A DNA stretch of 62,587 nt, filler included, from Basidioascus undulatus (GCA_000826855.1; 6 parts of 6 records of this genome joined end to end with filler, not necessarily neighbours in it), one strand, 5' to 3'; shown: positions 26,040 to 38,230, numbered from the whole stretch's first letter. Notes: generated by a model not told the origin, from the letters alone. A program made the numbers and translations.

Positions 26040-27286
26040 TACCAGGGACTCCTACTCCTCGAGGTCTGCGTCCATCTTCTGAGTGCTTGGCGAGACCGTT
26101 CAGCTCGGCAGCGAACCGGTTCTGGACTTCGACCTCTAGCCCGCGGGCCTCGCGCTCCGCATCGCTTTCGTCTAAGGCCCAGTAATGAAGGGTTCCCAGT
26201 TGCTTTATTATCAGCCAATCATAATGCCTCTTGACTGTCGCGTTGACCAGCGCGTCGTACGCCCCTTCTGGAACGCCGGAGCCGGCGGAGAACCGAAAGA
26301 GACGCAGCGGTTCTTCAATTGCGCGAACTTCGCAGCATCCCGGAATAGCTGGAGATCGCCCTCTGTCGCCTGGTCTGGTAGGATATTAGCAAGCATGGTA
26401 AGCCCACCCTCACCGAAGAGGTGCTGCCGCAGGCGGTCGTCCCGGGCGGTCCGTAGACTCTGGAACAACTCCATGATCGCGGGCCAAGCCTCCTGAAGTT
26501 GTTGCAATGCCCTTTTGCCGAGTAGCAGGATTTTCGGAAGCTCTGGAAGCTCATCAGTGTTGAGCTTCAATGTCCGAGCCCGTGCCATCATGATGTTTTT
26601 CTCCAGCTTTGCGAGGAGGACGGTCAGTGCACCGAGAGCGAGCGCGTCCTTGTCCGAAAGGGAAGACAGCCCGCCCATGCCTTAGATGAGCCCAACGCAC
26701 GCCTGCTGCAACCAATTCGGGACGGCTTGCTCGCGAGCGATAAGTGCCAGTTGGACCGGATGCGCTCAGGCGTATCGCTCGAGAAGCTCTCCCTCGAAAC
26801 GCTGGACAACGTAGCGGCGCAGAACGCGCAGGTCGAACTATTTGGTCAGGCCGAGAACAGAGATGAGCTGGTCCGCGGTGGGAGAATGGCCGTGGAAGCT
26901 GTGCGACCGCATAGGTGCATTTGAGTCTCTGGAAGTCAAGGCATGATGATAAGCACTCAATCTTCGTACAGCACAGAAACAAGCGCCTACAAGCGCCTCA
27001 AACTCTCGTGCGCCAGAATTAGACGTAGGACGACATGATGCTGGTCCGACATTCCTTTGCTCGGCGTGGCTTGACCGCCGAGCAGGTCTCGAAAGAGCTG
27101 AGAGTACTGTATCAGGCGCTGCCGAGGGACGCGAAAGAGCTTTCCTTCGACCTGTAACACCCCGAGGTCAGGACCAAGCAGCGCACTGGCGTGAACGGGA
27201 ACGCTACCACTTGCAGCACTCACGAGGAAGATGATCCAATCGTTGAAGTAAAACTGCTCGCAGCGCTGCGGCTGGTTGGAGGCCAT
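26040..27286 (-). pseudogene. BTB/POZ-domain gene, disrupted
   Basis: RCEQFYFNDWIIFL|VEGKLFRVPRQRLIQYSQLFRDLL; downstream LALIAREQAVPNWLQQACVGLI* with frameshifts and a stop; 3' limit approximate. Confidence 0.65.
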
Positions 27287-28654
27287 GCTGAGGTGCAGGT
27301 TGTTGAGAGAGTGGGCTTATGCACTAGGTGTAAGGCCGACGAGCGGCGGCCGCTCATCTCTGCACCCATTGAAGCTAACCCTGATTTTCTCCAGATTGTC
27401 ACTTGTGGAAGAAAGACTGATGTTTGACACGCTGCAGGTCTGGTTCCCCTTCACACGGTATGCACTCCATGGGCATTTGATCTTGAAATGAAGCGGTGCT
27501 CCAGACCACTACCGCCTGATTGGCCTTTGAAGTTCCGAGTCTCCAGTCAGGTTAGCCGCTTCGCAGCTAACCTGATATAAGCCGCGAAGCGGCTAACCTG
27601 ACAAGAGGCCAACCTGACCCCGGCACTGGGGAAGAGCATGGAGGCTTCTGCCTGAAGAGAAAAGAAATTGACTTCGAGGTTCCCTCTTTATATGAGCCAA
27701 GCTCGTTTGGACGAGTTTGTCTCTTCCGCCGGGAAGATACGTGTCGGGTCCAGCTTGCTTGAGTGATTTTGACTCTTGGAGGGACTCGCAAGATGAACCG
27801 CTGGAGATAACGTTAAAATGTGCGCAGAGTATCTAAGAACTTAGGTGCAAACACAAGCGGGAAAATGCGAAACGATGCACTCGTTCATAAGCCACACCCT
27901 CCGTGCAGACGGAGACAAAATATCACAAGATCCCACCCAGTTCTAAGTCCACCCCGCTCCGGAGGTCCCCATCTAACCCTACAAAACATCTTGCTCACAA
28001 TGACTGGAAAGAGGAAAGACCATTCTCTATTGGGTGCCCCCTGGAAGGTGAGCGAAGCAGATGCGGACGCTGGGATGGGCGGGTCCAACGAGCAGCGGCA
28101 AGGCCAGCGGGGTAGTGTTCTTGTAGCCCGCTACAGCGATATCGTTCTGTGATAATGATGAGGAGGAGGTAGAAACGTGCAAAAATAGGGATGATGAGAG
28201 GAGGAAGCAAGCAGAGAGGGCGCGTGGGGCCAGGAACCCGTACCGCGTCTGACAGATTTTTGGAGGCCATTAAAGCGCAGAGCATATGGGCAGTGCGAGC
28301 GCTTTTCGATTCAGTACAACACAAGATGGGTATGTGGGAACGAATTGACGGTGACGAAAATGGGTCAAACGGCAAGAAAATATTCAGAGCGCGAAAAGTA
28401 TAAACAAAAGAGCTCAACCGACAGCGAACGGAAACAAGAAGAGAAGAGTTGGGACGAAGGCCGCGGGCCCGCTCCTTTACCAGGCCCTGCGCAAGACCGT
28501 GGTCAGTCCAGAAAAATGTTCCAGGAGATAAGTATGTAGATGATTGAAGAGGAGGGCTGAAGACGCACTGGAACCCCGGGCTCGCCTTTCTCAGGTTCTC
28601 GGGGCGCCTGTGCATTGCCTCCGAAATTCAGCGCTCCTCCTCGCAGTGCTCCGC

Positions 28655-29300
28655 TCAAAGGATGTTTAGGCACCTGGTTACGATCTTTCCCTGATCAGTG
28701 CGTATCTTCACCTTGAAGTTTCCCGTCCGAGGATAGTAGAGGATATCCTGTTCCCATCCCCCTCCGGTCATCGCCCTCGAAACACCGAGCAAGACTGCAC
28801 AGGGACGTACCTCAACCCACCCGACCGCATCCCATGGTCCAGCCTTGTAGTAGACCTGATCCCCGCTGTTCCCATAAACCTAAGTTCGTGATCCAGTGTG
28901 AGGAAAGACCGCCACGCCACGGCTCACATCAGGATGGGATTCGGTCCGAGCTGGCACCCCACCGCCAAGTCTCAGCGTCAGCCAACGAGCGAGCGCCGCC
29001 CAACCTCCAACTGAGGTGGACGTACCTCCTGCGCCGGTTGTTGAACGAGAGAGTAGTTGTAGTTGTTGACGGGCATTTGTGCGACAATGACAAGAAATAA
29101 TCGATGGAAGAGCGGTCGTCGAGCTACGAGAAGAAGAAGGCAGGCGTCTGGGGACAGTTTCAGGCCGTCCAACGCTTCATAAATGCTGTCGGGAGAAGTG
29201 GATACCCATACCTTACCCATTTAGATCTCCGCCAGCTGCGCCATCGGAGGGAACAGAGGTGCGAAAGCGGAATCGAAATTGTGAGTCTCCACAGTGCATG
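28655..29300 (-). other. Possible spliced orphan gene or relic
   Basis: GTAAGG/GTACGT donors with AG acceptors delimit exons such as YGNSGDQVYYKAGPWDAVGWVE|DILYYPRTGNFKVKIRTDQGKIVTRCLNIL*; no family recognised. Confidence 0.3.
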
Positions 29301-31006
29301 TCCTTAGAGTTGCGCAATTCCCCGTATTGCGCGAAGTTCAGGAACGAGGAAGGAGCTGTGGAACACGACAGTCCCTGGGAGAAGCTAGCAGAAAATTAAA
29401 CGACTTGTTGGCTTTGGGAAATTTAACCCCTGGTGGCCGGCGAAAGTTGGCATGTTCTCAGCATGGTAACAGAGGACCTGGGACGAGCTGCCGTCACGGA
29501 AGCCGCCGCGGACGGTTTGAGGCTCTTGAAGAGCTCCCAACGCTCTGGAACACTGAGAGAAGAGGGCTTGGCGATTGTGGTAAATAACTCCACGAAATAC
29601 ACGCCCTGCGGTCTGCGTGTCGTACTGTGGTGCGTGTGCTCGGGAATAATGAAAAAAGAGGGGGAGCTCGTTCTTGGCAGCCAACTCCTTTGCACGACAC
29701 GCAACCAGCGTGTCAGTTCGCGAACTAAATAGTACACTCCTATTACAGAAGGAGACGGCTGTGGCGATCTGCGTCACAAATATTTGCATGAGTTCCTCGC
29801 AACGCCATCCCAAGCCGGCGCAGCAAGTGCCCGCCGTCCACTTGGAGCATATGAAGCCGTGATAGCCCGATATCTCGGAGGAATCACATATGTTATAAAA
29901 TACGGAAAATAAGGAGGGCATGTTGGTCACGTCACGTCGGGGAGTTTTACGCTGTTCGCGGGGCTCGTCCGCCTGAAGGGTTGGGCCAGTAAAAGGTGTC
30001 TGCCATGGCGCTTAGTTTTGCTCATCATTTCATAGCTGTGCTTTAGCCGCATTAAAGCTAGGCTGTGATCCCTTGACGTCTCGTTCGCCAGCAGACTGCA
30101 CTTCATCCGTGCCAAGCCTTCACCGGCAAGTCCAAAGCAAACGTGCAGCTGAGAGTTCGTATTGAGACTATTAATACCCTCCCAATGTTCGAAGAAAACT
30201 CAGTAAAGGAGGAAGAGCATGGATTACCATACAGCAACAACCAGTTAGCCCTTCTCCGTGGACGGCGTCCATGCGTCCGTGAAAGAGCGCAGTGCCATAT
30301 GCGTCTACCACAATGAACACCAAGACGGGTTGTTCCTCTTCAATACTAATTTAAAGCAGTGAAGAAGACTCTGCGCTAACAACTCAGCTCAGGGCATGCC
30401 TGCGTGACCAGTGCGCACGAGCTGGTCAGGACTCAGCAGTCTGGTATGCCTTGCTAATGAAGTTACCTGTCACTGTCAATCCCAGGAAAATTCACCAATT
30501 TTATAACTATTCAATAAATGGCTCAATAGAATGAGAAAGACGCGGCGCCGGCGACCAGTGGCTGGGGCTTGCCGGCCTGACGAGTCAAGCAGGGTTTTTC
30601 AATCACACAGAGCTTGCTCCCACTACAAAAGCAAAGGTTCAGGCCGTGCTTCTTGTCCGAGCACAGACATAACATTTTGCTCTGATGCCAAACGTTTCTG
30701 TACTACTTGACTGTACTGACGAGACAAGCTTGCGAAGCCCCAGGCACCAACTTTCACAACCCGACCTTTCTATAAACAGGACTAAGACTCCAGAAATTTC
30801 TATAGAGATTTTTAAGTGGTTCATATCTTCGTCTTTGGAAAAAGGTCTTTCATTTCGTCATCCATATATTGTAGTGTCAGACCAATTCGATGCACGTTCG
30901 CTTTCGCGCAACGCAGGCGCCGCTCGCTCTCTTTGTCCGCCGCTCTTATCCTCCTCCACGCTCACCTACCTACGCAACCTTTGCTTCATTTGCCTCGATA
31001 TCACTT

Positions 31007-31855
31007 ATGGCGCCCAAGAAATCATACTGGTCTTTATATACAACGCCGCCCGAGCTTCTGCGCGAGATCGTGGGCCATATCCCCATCGACGATCTCAAGC
31101 ATCCGTCCTGCACCTCGACCTATCTTCGCTCGATCGCACAATCGCACCTCTTTCGTGCTCATGGTATCCGCAATATCAACGACCTTCAGGTCCTTATTGA
31201 CCTTTGCAAGGCTCTCCGAGTAATGCCGCGGCTTCGTGAGCTGGTCACGTACGTGTTTTCACACCCTAGACCGTTCGCTTCGGGTCAGCGGAGCTGACAA
31301 CTGTTTGTCGCAGAAATCACTCGGTCATGGCCTTGGCGCCTGGAAGGAGCTTGCCATCGCATCTGGACATCGACGATGATGATTCTCCTACAGTCGCCGA
31401 AGAGCTCGTCGCAGTCATCAGGCGGCTCCCCAACCTCGAGCGTGTCGCTCTCACCTGCACACCCTCGAAGTTCGAGGACGCCTGGCAGATCGGCCATGCC
31501 CTCGCTCGGTGTTCGCACCTACGCCTTCTCTATATCAAACTTTACGGCTTGCCCATGGCATCGCTTACCCTCTGAACTCGCTTGTCCGAGCTCGAGGTAA
31601 AGTGGTTAGGCCATGCCGGCTGGAGCGTTTAAGAGCGCAGGCTTCATCGACGCCTTCTTTCGTATACCGCTTCGAGCAGCTTGGCCGACTCTCAGGAAGC
31701 TCGTACTTGTCTAGGATGAGCTTCAGCACTGTGATAAAGGTGTCGAGGGCTGCGAGGCTGCCCTTCGCACGGTGTTTGAACATGCGACGCAGCTGGAGCA
31801 CCTCAAACTTTCGTCTCTGCCGAACGTGTATTCCCGTCTCATTTCCTCTCCACCG
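31007..31855 (+). pseudogene. F-box-like/LRR gene copy 1, with internal stop and 3' truncation
   Basis: TPPELLREIVGHIP...TSTYLRSIAQSHLF; LPNLERVAL; TGA at 31573-31575 where the paralog has TGC; homology to copy 2 ends at ~31850. Confidence 0.7.
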
Positions 31856-33105
31856 CGATGGGGTGGGAGGTGGACTGGTCCAGCAGGCGGCAGCAATAGC
31901 CGAGAGACCGGCAGGAGGCAGATGCGAAGGTTGGTAGGAGGAGGCTGGGACGGCGGTGGCGCAGCCTATGGCGGGGGCGGTGGAAGCGGTGGCGTGGGTG
32001 AAGGAGGTACGCGAGGAGTTGGGGGAGTCGGGGGCTTCACTGGCGCGTGCTATAGTGTGGCTGTGCGCGCGCCGCGAGGCGGAGGTGTCGTGCGGTTGTC
32101 CCGGGCGGAGGGGAAGACGGCGCGAGACTACGCCGCTCGCTCTTCTCGCACTGTCCTGCTCTCCGTTGCCTCACCCTGGACGTTGGTGGCTTCGCACTCG
32201 ACAAGATCGTCAAATTCCTTGCTTGGACGCCGAACTTGGGACGGCTCGTACTGTGTGCAGACTGCCGGGCAGCCAGCGCTGCCTGCCTTCCCGCTGTGCC
32301 TCGAGTGACTTGTCGTTCGCCTTTTTCGGCAGGCCCACAGCGCCTACCTTGAAGAGTCAAACCCCTGATCAGCAGTCAACTTCCTCAGAGCTTACCTCTT
32401 TCATCAGTAGCCGGCCTGCACTGCCCCCAGCTGATGTTGTCGGCGGGGATCTCCCTTCGGAAATGCATGTTGCACAGTACATACCAATGGGCAAACCTCT
32501 GCCCCTTCACCGGGTACTCATGCATGGGCGCCGAGTGTGAACGGAAATCGGAGGTCCTTAAAGGAAGCATGTCGACATACCGAGGAGGACGACCGGCGAG
32601 CACCGGCGGGCCCTTGTCGAGGGAGGTTGTCATTGTGTGCGTCGAAGTGGCCTGCCAGAATCTGCCTTTCATCGAAGGACTCTTCATGTAGGTAGTCCCA
32701 GTGTTTTATTATATCTAGATCTTGTAGTTTGGGAAACACTGCACTCTTTACACAAGGCCCGGCGTCAAGTCCAACGCCTAGAAAGACAGCATGTACCCAA
32801 GTGTATCACACCGACGCAAGCACGCCTACGCCGAATCCACTCTGGCACAACAATCTCATAAAGCTCAAGCAGGCCAGCTATCGCGGCGCACTGCGCCGAT
32901 CCGGTAAGCTGAAAGGTTCACTACTGGGCATGACCAACGACGGCTGTCTGAAAGCAAGTCCCCAAAGCGCTGTGTTTCTTTCGAGTTGCATGAGAGCGTA
33001 TGAAAGCATACAAAAAGGCAGTGTGCGTAGGCCGAATCGAGTACACGTGCATGCGAGGAGGGTAGCAGACCGACAGGGAGGAGAGGAACCCGACAGAACA
33101 CCATC

Positions 33106-34019
33106 TTACGCCTCCGTGATCTCGCGGAGACGGCGGACGGTGCTGCGAACGCGGAAAGGGAAACGTCAATCAGGACCGGTCCAGCGTGCGGAAAAGGACA
33201 GGAGAGGGATGAAGGGGGGGACGGGGTGAGGGGGAATGAAGGAACGAAGGACACACCTGCGGACGGTCGCAGCAGCAGTGGTCGAGACGGTCCAGGCACC
33301 GCCGGCAATGACCTTGCGGCACCCGCGGCACTCCCAGATACCGACAGCAGTGCGCTTGACGGAGTCCTGCAAACACGCACGAGCCCACCCCAGTCAGCCC
33401 ACGAACTCCTCCTAGCCCCGGTGTCCTCTTCATCCAGCCCCTCCACTGCCGACCTGAAGGAACCCACCTTGCCGCAGAAGGTGCAGGTGTAGCGGCTGGA
33501 GTTGCGCAAAAGCTCATCAGTACCCGGGTGCTGCCAAAGAGCGGGGGAGAGGAAGGAAAACGCACGCGTGCTGGGAGACCTCCATCTTCTTGACCTGCTT
33601 ACGGAGCGAGGCACCGTAACGCTACGTCCGCCGAGCCCATCCAACCCGTCCTGGTGTCAGCCTCTCCTGCCCTAGCCCTCTAAGCACAAAAGGAAAGGAT
33701 GCGACGCACGGTGCCGTACTTGCCGGTGATGCCGACCTTGCGGGTGCGCTTGGTCTGTGGAGCGGGGGAACCGCATGGCGCGTCAGCGCCTAGTTCTCCG
33801 AGTTGTGGGAGTGGTGATGTGTGTGTCGGGCGTCGGGGTGGTCGAGATAAGGAAGTCGATCGAGGCCGTCGAATCGAGCAGGAAGACCAGTCCAGTTCCC
33901 CCTCCTCCCGCCCTTCTGCCTCCCAACGGCGCCCTCGGCGTCCGCTACGCCAATGGCGATAATGTCGTCGTCGGCGGTGGCGGCGTCGTTGGGAACGTGA
34001 ACATGCATATACTAACCAT
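33106..34019 (-). CDS. RPL43: 60S ribosomal protein eL43 (L43/L37a)
   Basis: M|TKRTRKVGITGKYGT|RYGASLRKQVKKMEVSQHA|RYTCTFCGK|DSVKRTAVGIWECRGC...STTAAATVRS|TVRRLREITEA*; first exon is the ATG only. Confidence 0.95.
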
Positions 34020-34979
34020 CTTGATAAGTAGATGGGGTGGAGAAGGGGAGACTCAACACTCTCTTCCACTTCAAACCTCCAATTTTCGGTCTTCCACCCA
34101 GCTCGCTTACCTAACCCGCTTCTTCAGGGTAGGCTCGTCTGTGCGCGCCTCGCCAAACTGACTTTCGCCTTGCCTTATTTTCGCTTTCTTATGCATATTA
34201 ACCTTTATAAAAATATGAATCAAGGTAACAATAAGAACTTGCCTGAGCTGCACGTCGGAGAGAGGACGACGTGTCCGGACTGAAAGGACTTGGTTGCAGC
34301 TCCTCGCACTACATGTCGTGTTCCGTTCATGCTGAAAGAGCCGCAAGGTTTCTCAAATAGGAAGTCTAGTGCAAACAAACAGATTTTATCTATAACCTCC
34401 CCTCAGCCCGCTCCAGTCCCAGGAGGAGTCAACGACCAGGTGTGAACCGCTGTGAGTGCATCAGACAAAAAGCGTCCAGGACGCTCGCCCACTGATACGT
34501 GTCAAGATCAATGTCATCCACAGCCATAGAGAGCAGCATGTCTCCTTGCCTTCAACGCTTGCCCCGTAGTGTTCTGCACGTAGTCGACACCGGCGAGCCA
34601 TTCCTACACCGACTCACGATTCGATCCTCGGTCGTGCCAACGCACGCAGTACCGCTCATGACTAGCAAGACTATCAGCGAGTACTTTGTACCTCTCAGTG
34701 ACGTGAAAACGCTTAACCACAGCATCACGAAGTTGGAGTACGTTCGTGGTGAACTCGTCGACGATCCCAACCGGAACTTCTTCACAGAGTCGTACCGTAA
34801 AGCTTCACTAGCTTGTCGGCAAGACCTCGGTGTACCGATCGAGCATCGTACGATGAAACAGAAGATCGAGCTAGGCAACGGCGAGGCTGTATTCCGTGGT
34901 GTTCGAGTTCGGCGACTCACTGGTCGTTCAGTCATGATCTACCCTCCCCTCACCTACGATGAATTCTTTTACGGTTCGA

Positions 34980-35295
34980 GCCTCACTGAACTGGGCCGGT
35001 GAGTTCATGTCACTTGCTGCTGCCTTCCAGCGTAACCCTGTGCTCGCTGGGCTCGGCGCTTCTGGTATCGTGCTCTCTGCTGCCTACTCCATCTGGCTCT
35101 ACGCTCGCATCAGTTTCGGCGTCTGGAATGACTACCTGGCTCACACGACTGACATCTCACGCCGTGAGTTCGCCGTGCTGCTACCGCCGCTTGTACTGAC
35201 CTTCGTCCTCGGCATCTGGCCTAACGTCGTACTCGACAGCTTGCAACGCCACAGTCAGCACACTGTTCTACAGTACTGGTCCGATCGCTGGTTAA
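34980..35295 (+). pseudogene. nad4: Mitochondrial NADH dehydrogenase subunit 4, C-terminal fragment, frameshifted
   Basis: SLNWAGEFMSLAAAFQRNP...GIVLSAAYSIWLYARISFG...DISRREFAVLLP...LGIWPNVVLDSL; deleting one A at ~35245 restores LHATVSTLFYS...TAA at 35293-35295. Confidence 0.9.
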
Positions 35296-35552
35296 CACTG
35301 CTGTGCAGTAGTGAAGGCGCAAAGAACTGCTCTCCCCTGCCGTACTAGTCTCACAACGCTTCCTGCCCTTTTTTTATTATTTTATTAGAGGGAGAAGCAG
35401 AGACGATCTGGTGACTCTGTCGCAGCCAACCAGTCAGTCAGTCCGAAGGAGTCAAACCAGTGCGAGGTTGTCCGAAGGAGAGCCAGACAGTGCGAGTCAG
35501 TCACTGTCATTGTCTCACGATATCCTGCAGGCAGTAAAGGAAACACGCAGCC

Positions 35553-35623
35553 AAGCCCATAGTTCAGTGGCAGAACGGGCAGCCGATAATTGCCAAGCAG
35601 AGGTTCGATTCCTCTTGGGCTTA
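35553..35623 (+). tRNA. trnI: tRNA-Ile (GAU), mitochondrial type, within the NUMT
   Basis: Acceptor AAGCCCA/TGGGCTT plus discriminator A; D arm GTTC/GAAC; anticodon stem GGCAG/TTGCC with loop CC-GAT-AA; T arm AGAGG-TTCGATT-CCTCT. Confidence 0.85.
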
Positions 35624-36299
35624 GCGCTGACTGACCGCTGTGTCTGGCCCGAGTCGATGACTTGCTCTTGCCTCGCGTAGTGCTCCTCATGAATCAGCCC
35701 TGACCCTTGAAAATGCTATCCTGCCTTCTCTGCAATTCTCTGCGCCCTCCCTGTTTGCGACTGCACATGTCCTCTTTTAAACTGACAGCTTGACTGATTT
35801 CTCAAGGGCGGGAAAGATAGCAAACTCACAGCCAACCTCGAGTGCACAAAGCAATACAAGCAAAAAGCGGTACTCTCCTAATGTTGTTCCTCTCTCTCGT
35901 CTCTCGCGATATCCCTCGATACCCACTCACATTCATCTCAGACTTTGGCTTTCTGAAACCCGCCACCTGTATGTCCCCACGTAACATCACGTCACGCCAC
36001 GTTCCACTGTTTGTGCTGCTACGACCGGACACTGCTGATACCACTTTTGTGCAACTAGCTGGCTGGTATGCTGCGTGGCACTGGGATGCATGGCCCTCAC
36101 TCAGCTGGAAATTGCCTGAGTAAGTAGCGCTGGTGTTATCATGATGTTGGCGTATTGGCCGAGGCGCGCAGGCGGAGCAACCAACAGTTGTTGAGAAGTT
36201 GAAAGTGACACTGCCATGCAGTATGAATTTGCGGTGACTGGCTTGTACGCCGAACATTTTCACCCCCAGGAGACCAAGCCTCCTCTGCAAGCGATTGTA

Positions 36300-36860
36300 C
36301 AGCAGACAGAGCTCTGAGTGTTCTTTGTGATTCAGTGCCAATCAACCTCCGATTTTTCGAGGTACCAGGCCATTCCTGATGAAGGCCGTCATATACAACA
36401 GTCCGGTGTTGTCCGTCCAGCACTTCATTCAGTATTCAACAAATTTGACCCACAATCCTCTCGCGTCCTGTCTTTTATCCTGACAGGGGCTTCGTACAAA
36501 GTTGCGAGGCGGAGAATGTCCAGCTCAGAATGGTCGGAGAAGCTGCTTCCGCCAGGGCCCGCGCGCACTGCTCTTGAGATAAAGACTCCAAGTTAAGTTG
36601 GAGGGTGGAAAGGAATAAAGCCTCGCTCGCCGTCTAGTGCAAGCAGGAACGCTTCGAACGCCTGTGCTGTGACCCCCGGCAATGGGGAGCTCGTCCGAAA
36701 GAGCTTCTCCTTCTGTGCCGTTCTCGCTGAACATGTCTCTGAAGAAAGTGGACTTCTCGACCAACCGACATCGAGGAACCTTGAACAACGTTGTTTCCTC
36801 CTGGGTGAGATAAAGCACCGGGTCCCTTACCCGCCTAAGATGTGCTGCTCGAGTCGATGT
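36300..36860 (-). pseudogene. Second BTB/POZ-domain gene relic
   Basis: EETTLFKVPRCRLVEKSTFFRDMFSENGTEGEALSDELPI, then LDILRLATLYEA; disrupted downstream; limits approximate. Confidence 0.6.
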
Positions 36861-37768
36861 GCATGGTACCGTTTCAGCCGATGTCTTTACCCTTTGCTAT
36901 TTTGCAAAATCCGCATGGAGCTATTTGTGTTCCCTTAAGGCACTCTCTGCACTGCGCGCGCCTGCACTCTTCACGTCTCTTGTGACTTTCCCGTGAAAGC
37001 GAGGATCCTTCGGAGAACCCTCAGCAGCAGAGTGTGCTCTCATGTATGTTCACTCAACACAGAAGTCCGAAACGTTTCAGGATGAGTTGACAGTAGTGAA
37101 TTGATCTCCAGGCATTAGTATTGTGAAGAGCTCTTGTGGATGCAAGGACTCAACTTGAATTGCCGACTCGAAAGCTCAGCGACGGTCTTCTATCGATAGT
37201 CCGCCTAAAACTCCTCACAAACTTACTTACACCTCCCCGGAAACAATACACACAGCAAAAAGGCCACATAACCTGCGAGTCACCGTCCATGGTCTACGGC
37301 TAGTTGACAGTGCGCGACCCTCGGCCAGCAGAGGCACAGTTCCCGTTTAACGCGGCTCGGTTGTGCATGATAGATTGCCTTATGCACAAAAAAATAACTT
37401 TCAGAAAAATTAAGACTCCAGAGGAAGCCGGAGTGGGACTCATCCTGTATAGCCTGGCAACAACTCTCGACTCGCTCGCAGCAGCACTCGAGGAGGCTTC
37501 ATCTCGCCCTCGGGCCTGTTCTGGCCGCCCAAAGGTGCTATTTCTCCATGAGATAGACTCTTAAAAAATTCTCATGGTAACAGATCAATCGTCTGACTGG
37601 CACTACACTTTCAGAGCCACTGTGCGAACCTTCGTCATATGCTCCAAGATTCACATGACCTTCGACCTTCGACCATCGTCAATCGCCATCCGACGCCATC
37701 CCCCGTCTTCCACTCAACCACCATCTCGTGTCACCTTCAATTATACAGAAAAGCACCGATTCGCCACT

Positions 37769-38230
37769 ATGATGCTCACCCACAGCGCCTACGCTCTCCG
37801 CGCATCGCCTGCGACTCGCTGGGCTATACCTGTACGCGGAGTGCCATTCGGTTATGCCATACCAGCTGGCTGAGGAATGCGCGCCACCCGCAGACCCTCT
37901 CACAGACCCGTCAATATGCGACGTTCGACCCCTCCAAGGATGGGAAAGACCCCTCAGGGATGACACTCTCTTACACCGCCACCGCGCTCATGGCCGTGGC
38001 TGCAGCCGTTCGTTTCCTCCCTATCCCACCCCATCCCACCCCTCCCCGGCTCACTGGATCCCCTCCTACAGTTGTTCCTCTACCACAAACACGAGAAAGA
38101 CAGCCGGGACATCATGGAGCGGCGATTCGTCAGGGCGGGGCTCAACAGGGACGGGACGCCGCGGGCGCCTCCCGAGTATGTGCGTCCCTCGGAGTCGCGG
38201 GGCGAGGGCCCTGGAGAGCGTTCGGCTTGA
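37769..38230 (+). CDS. Small 111-aa single-pass membrane protein, probably mitochondrial; 3 exons
   Basis: Exons 37769-37831, 37894-38007 and 38072-38230 join in phase 0 with GT-AG introns; Arg-rich, acid-free N-terminus ending RQYA; hydrophobic LSYTATALMAVAAALFLY. Confidence 0.65.

Larger units (their letters stand above)
34560..35680 (+). other. NUMT (mitochondrial DNA inserted in a nuclear contig); boundaries approximate
   Basis: Contains an intronless nad4 3' end, a tRNA with GAU anticodon and short intergenic repeats; flanked by spliced nuclear genes with no gap. Confidence 0.8.

Noticed and set aside
28700..28760. Crinkler-like motif (YYPRTGNF)
   Set aside because: A single short motif; no P-loop or other Crinkler hallmarks seen
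30710..30750. CTGACGAG possible hammerhead ribozyme core
   Set aside because: No GAAA box or closing stems follow
30765..30800. TAAGACTCCAGA also present at ~37410
   Set aside because: A 12-bp match with weak flanking similarity; not distinguishable from chance
34959..35348. Functional nuclear-relocated nad4
   Set aside because: Only the C-terminal part is present, it is frameshifted, and it has no targeting peptide or introns
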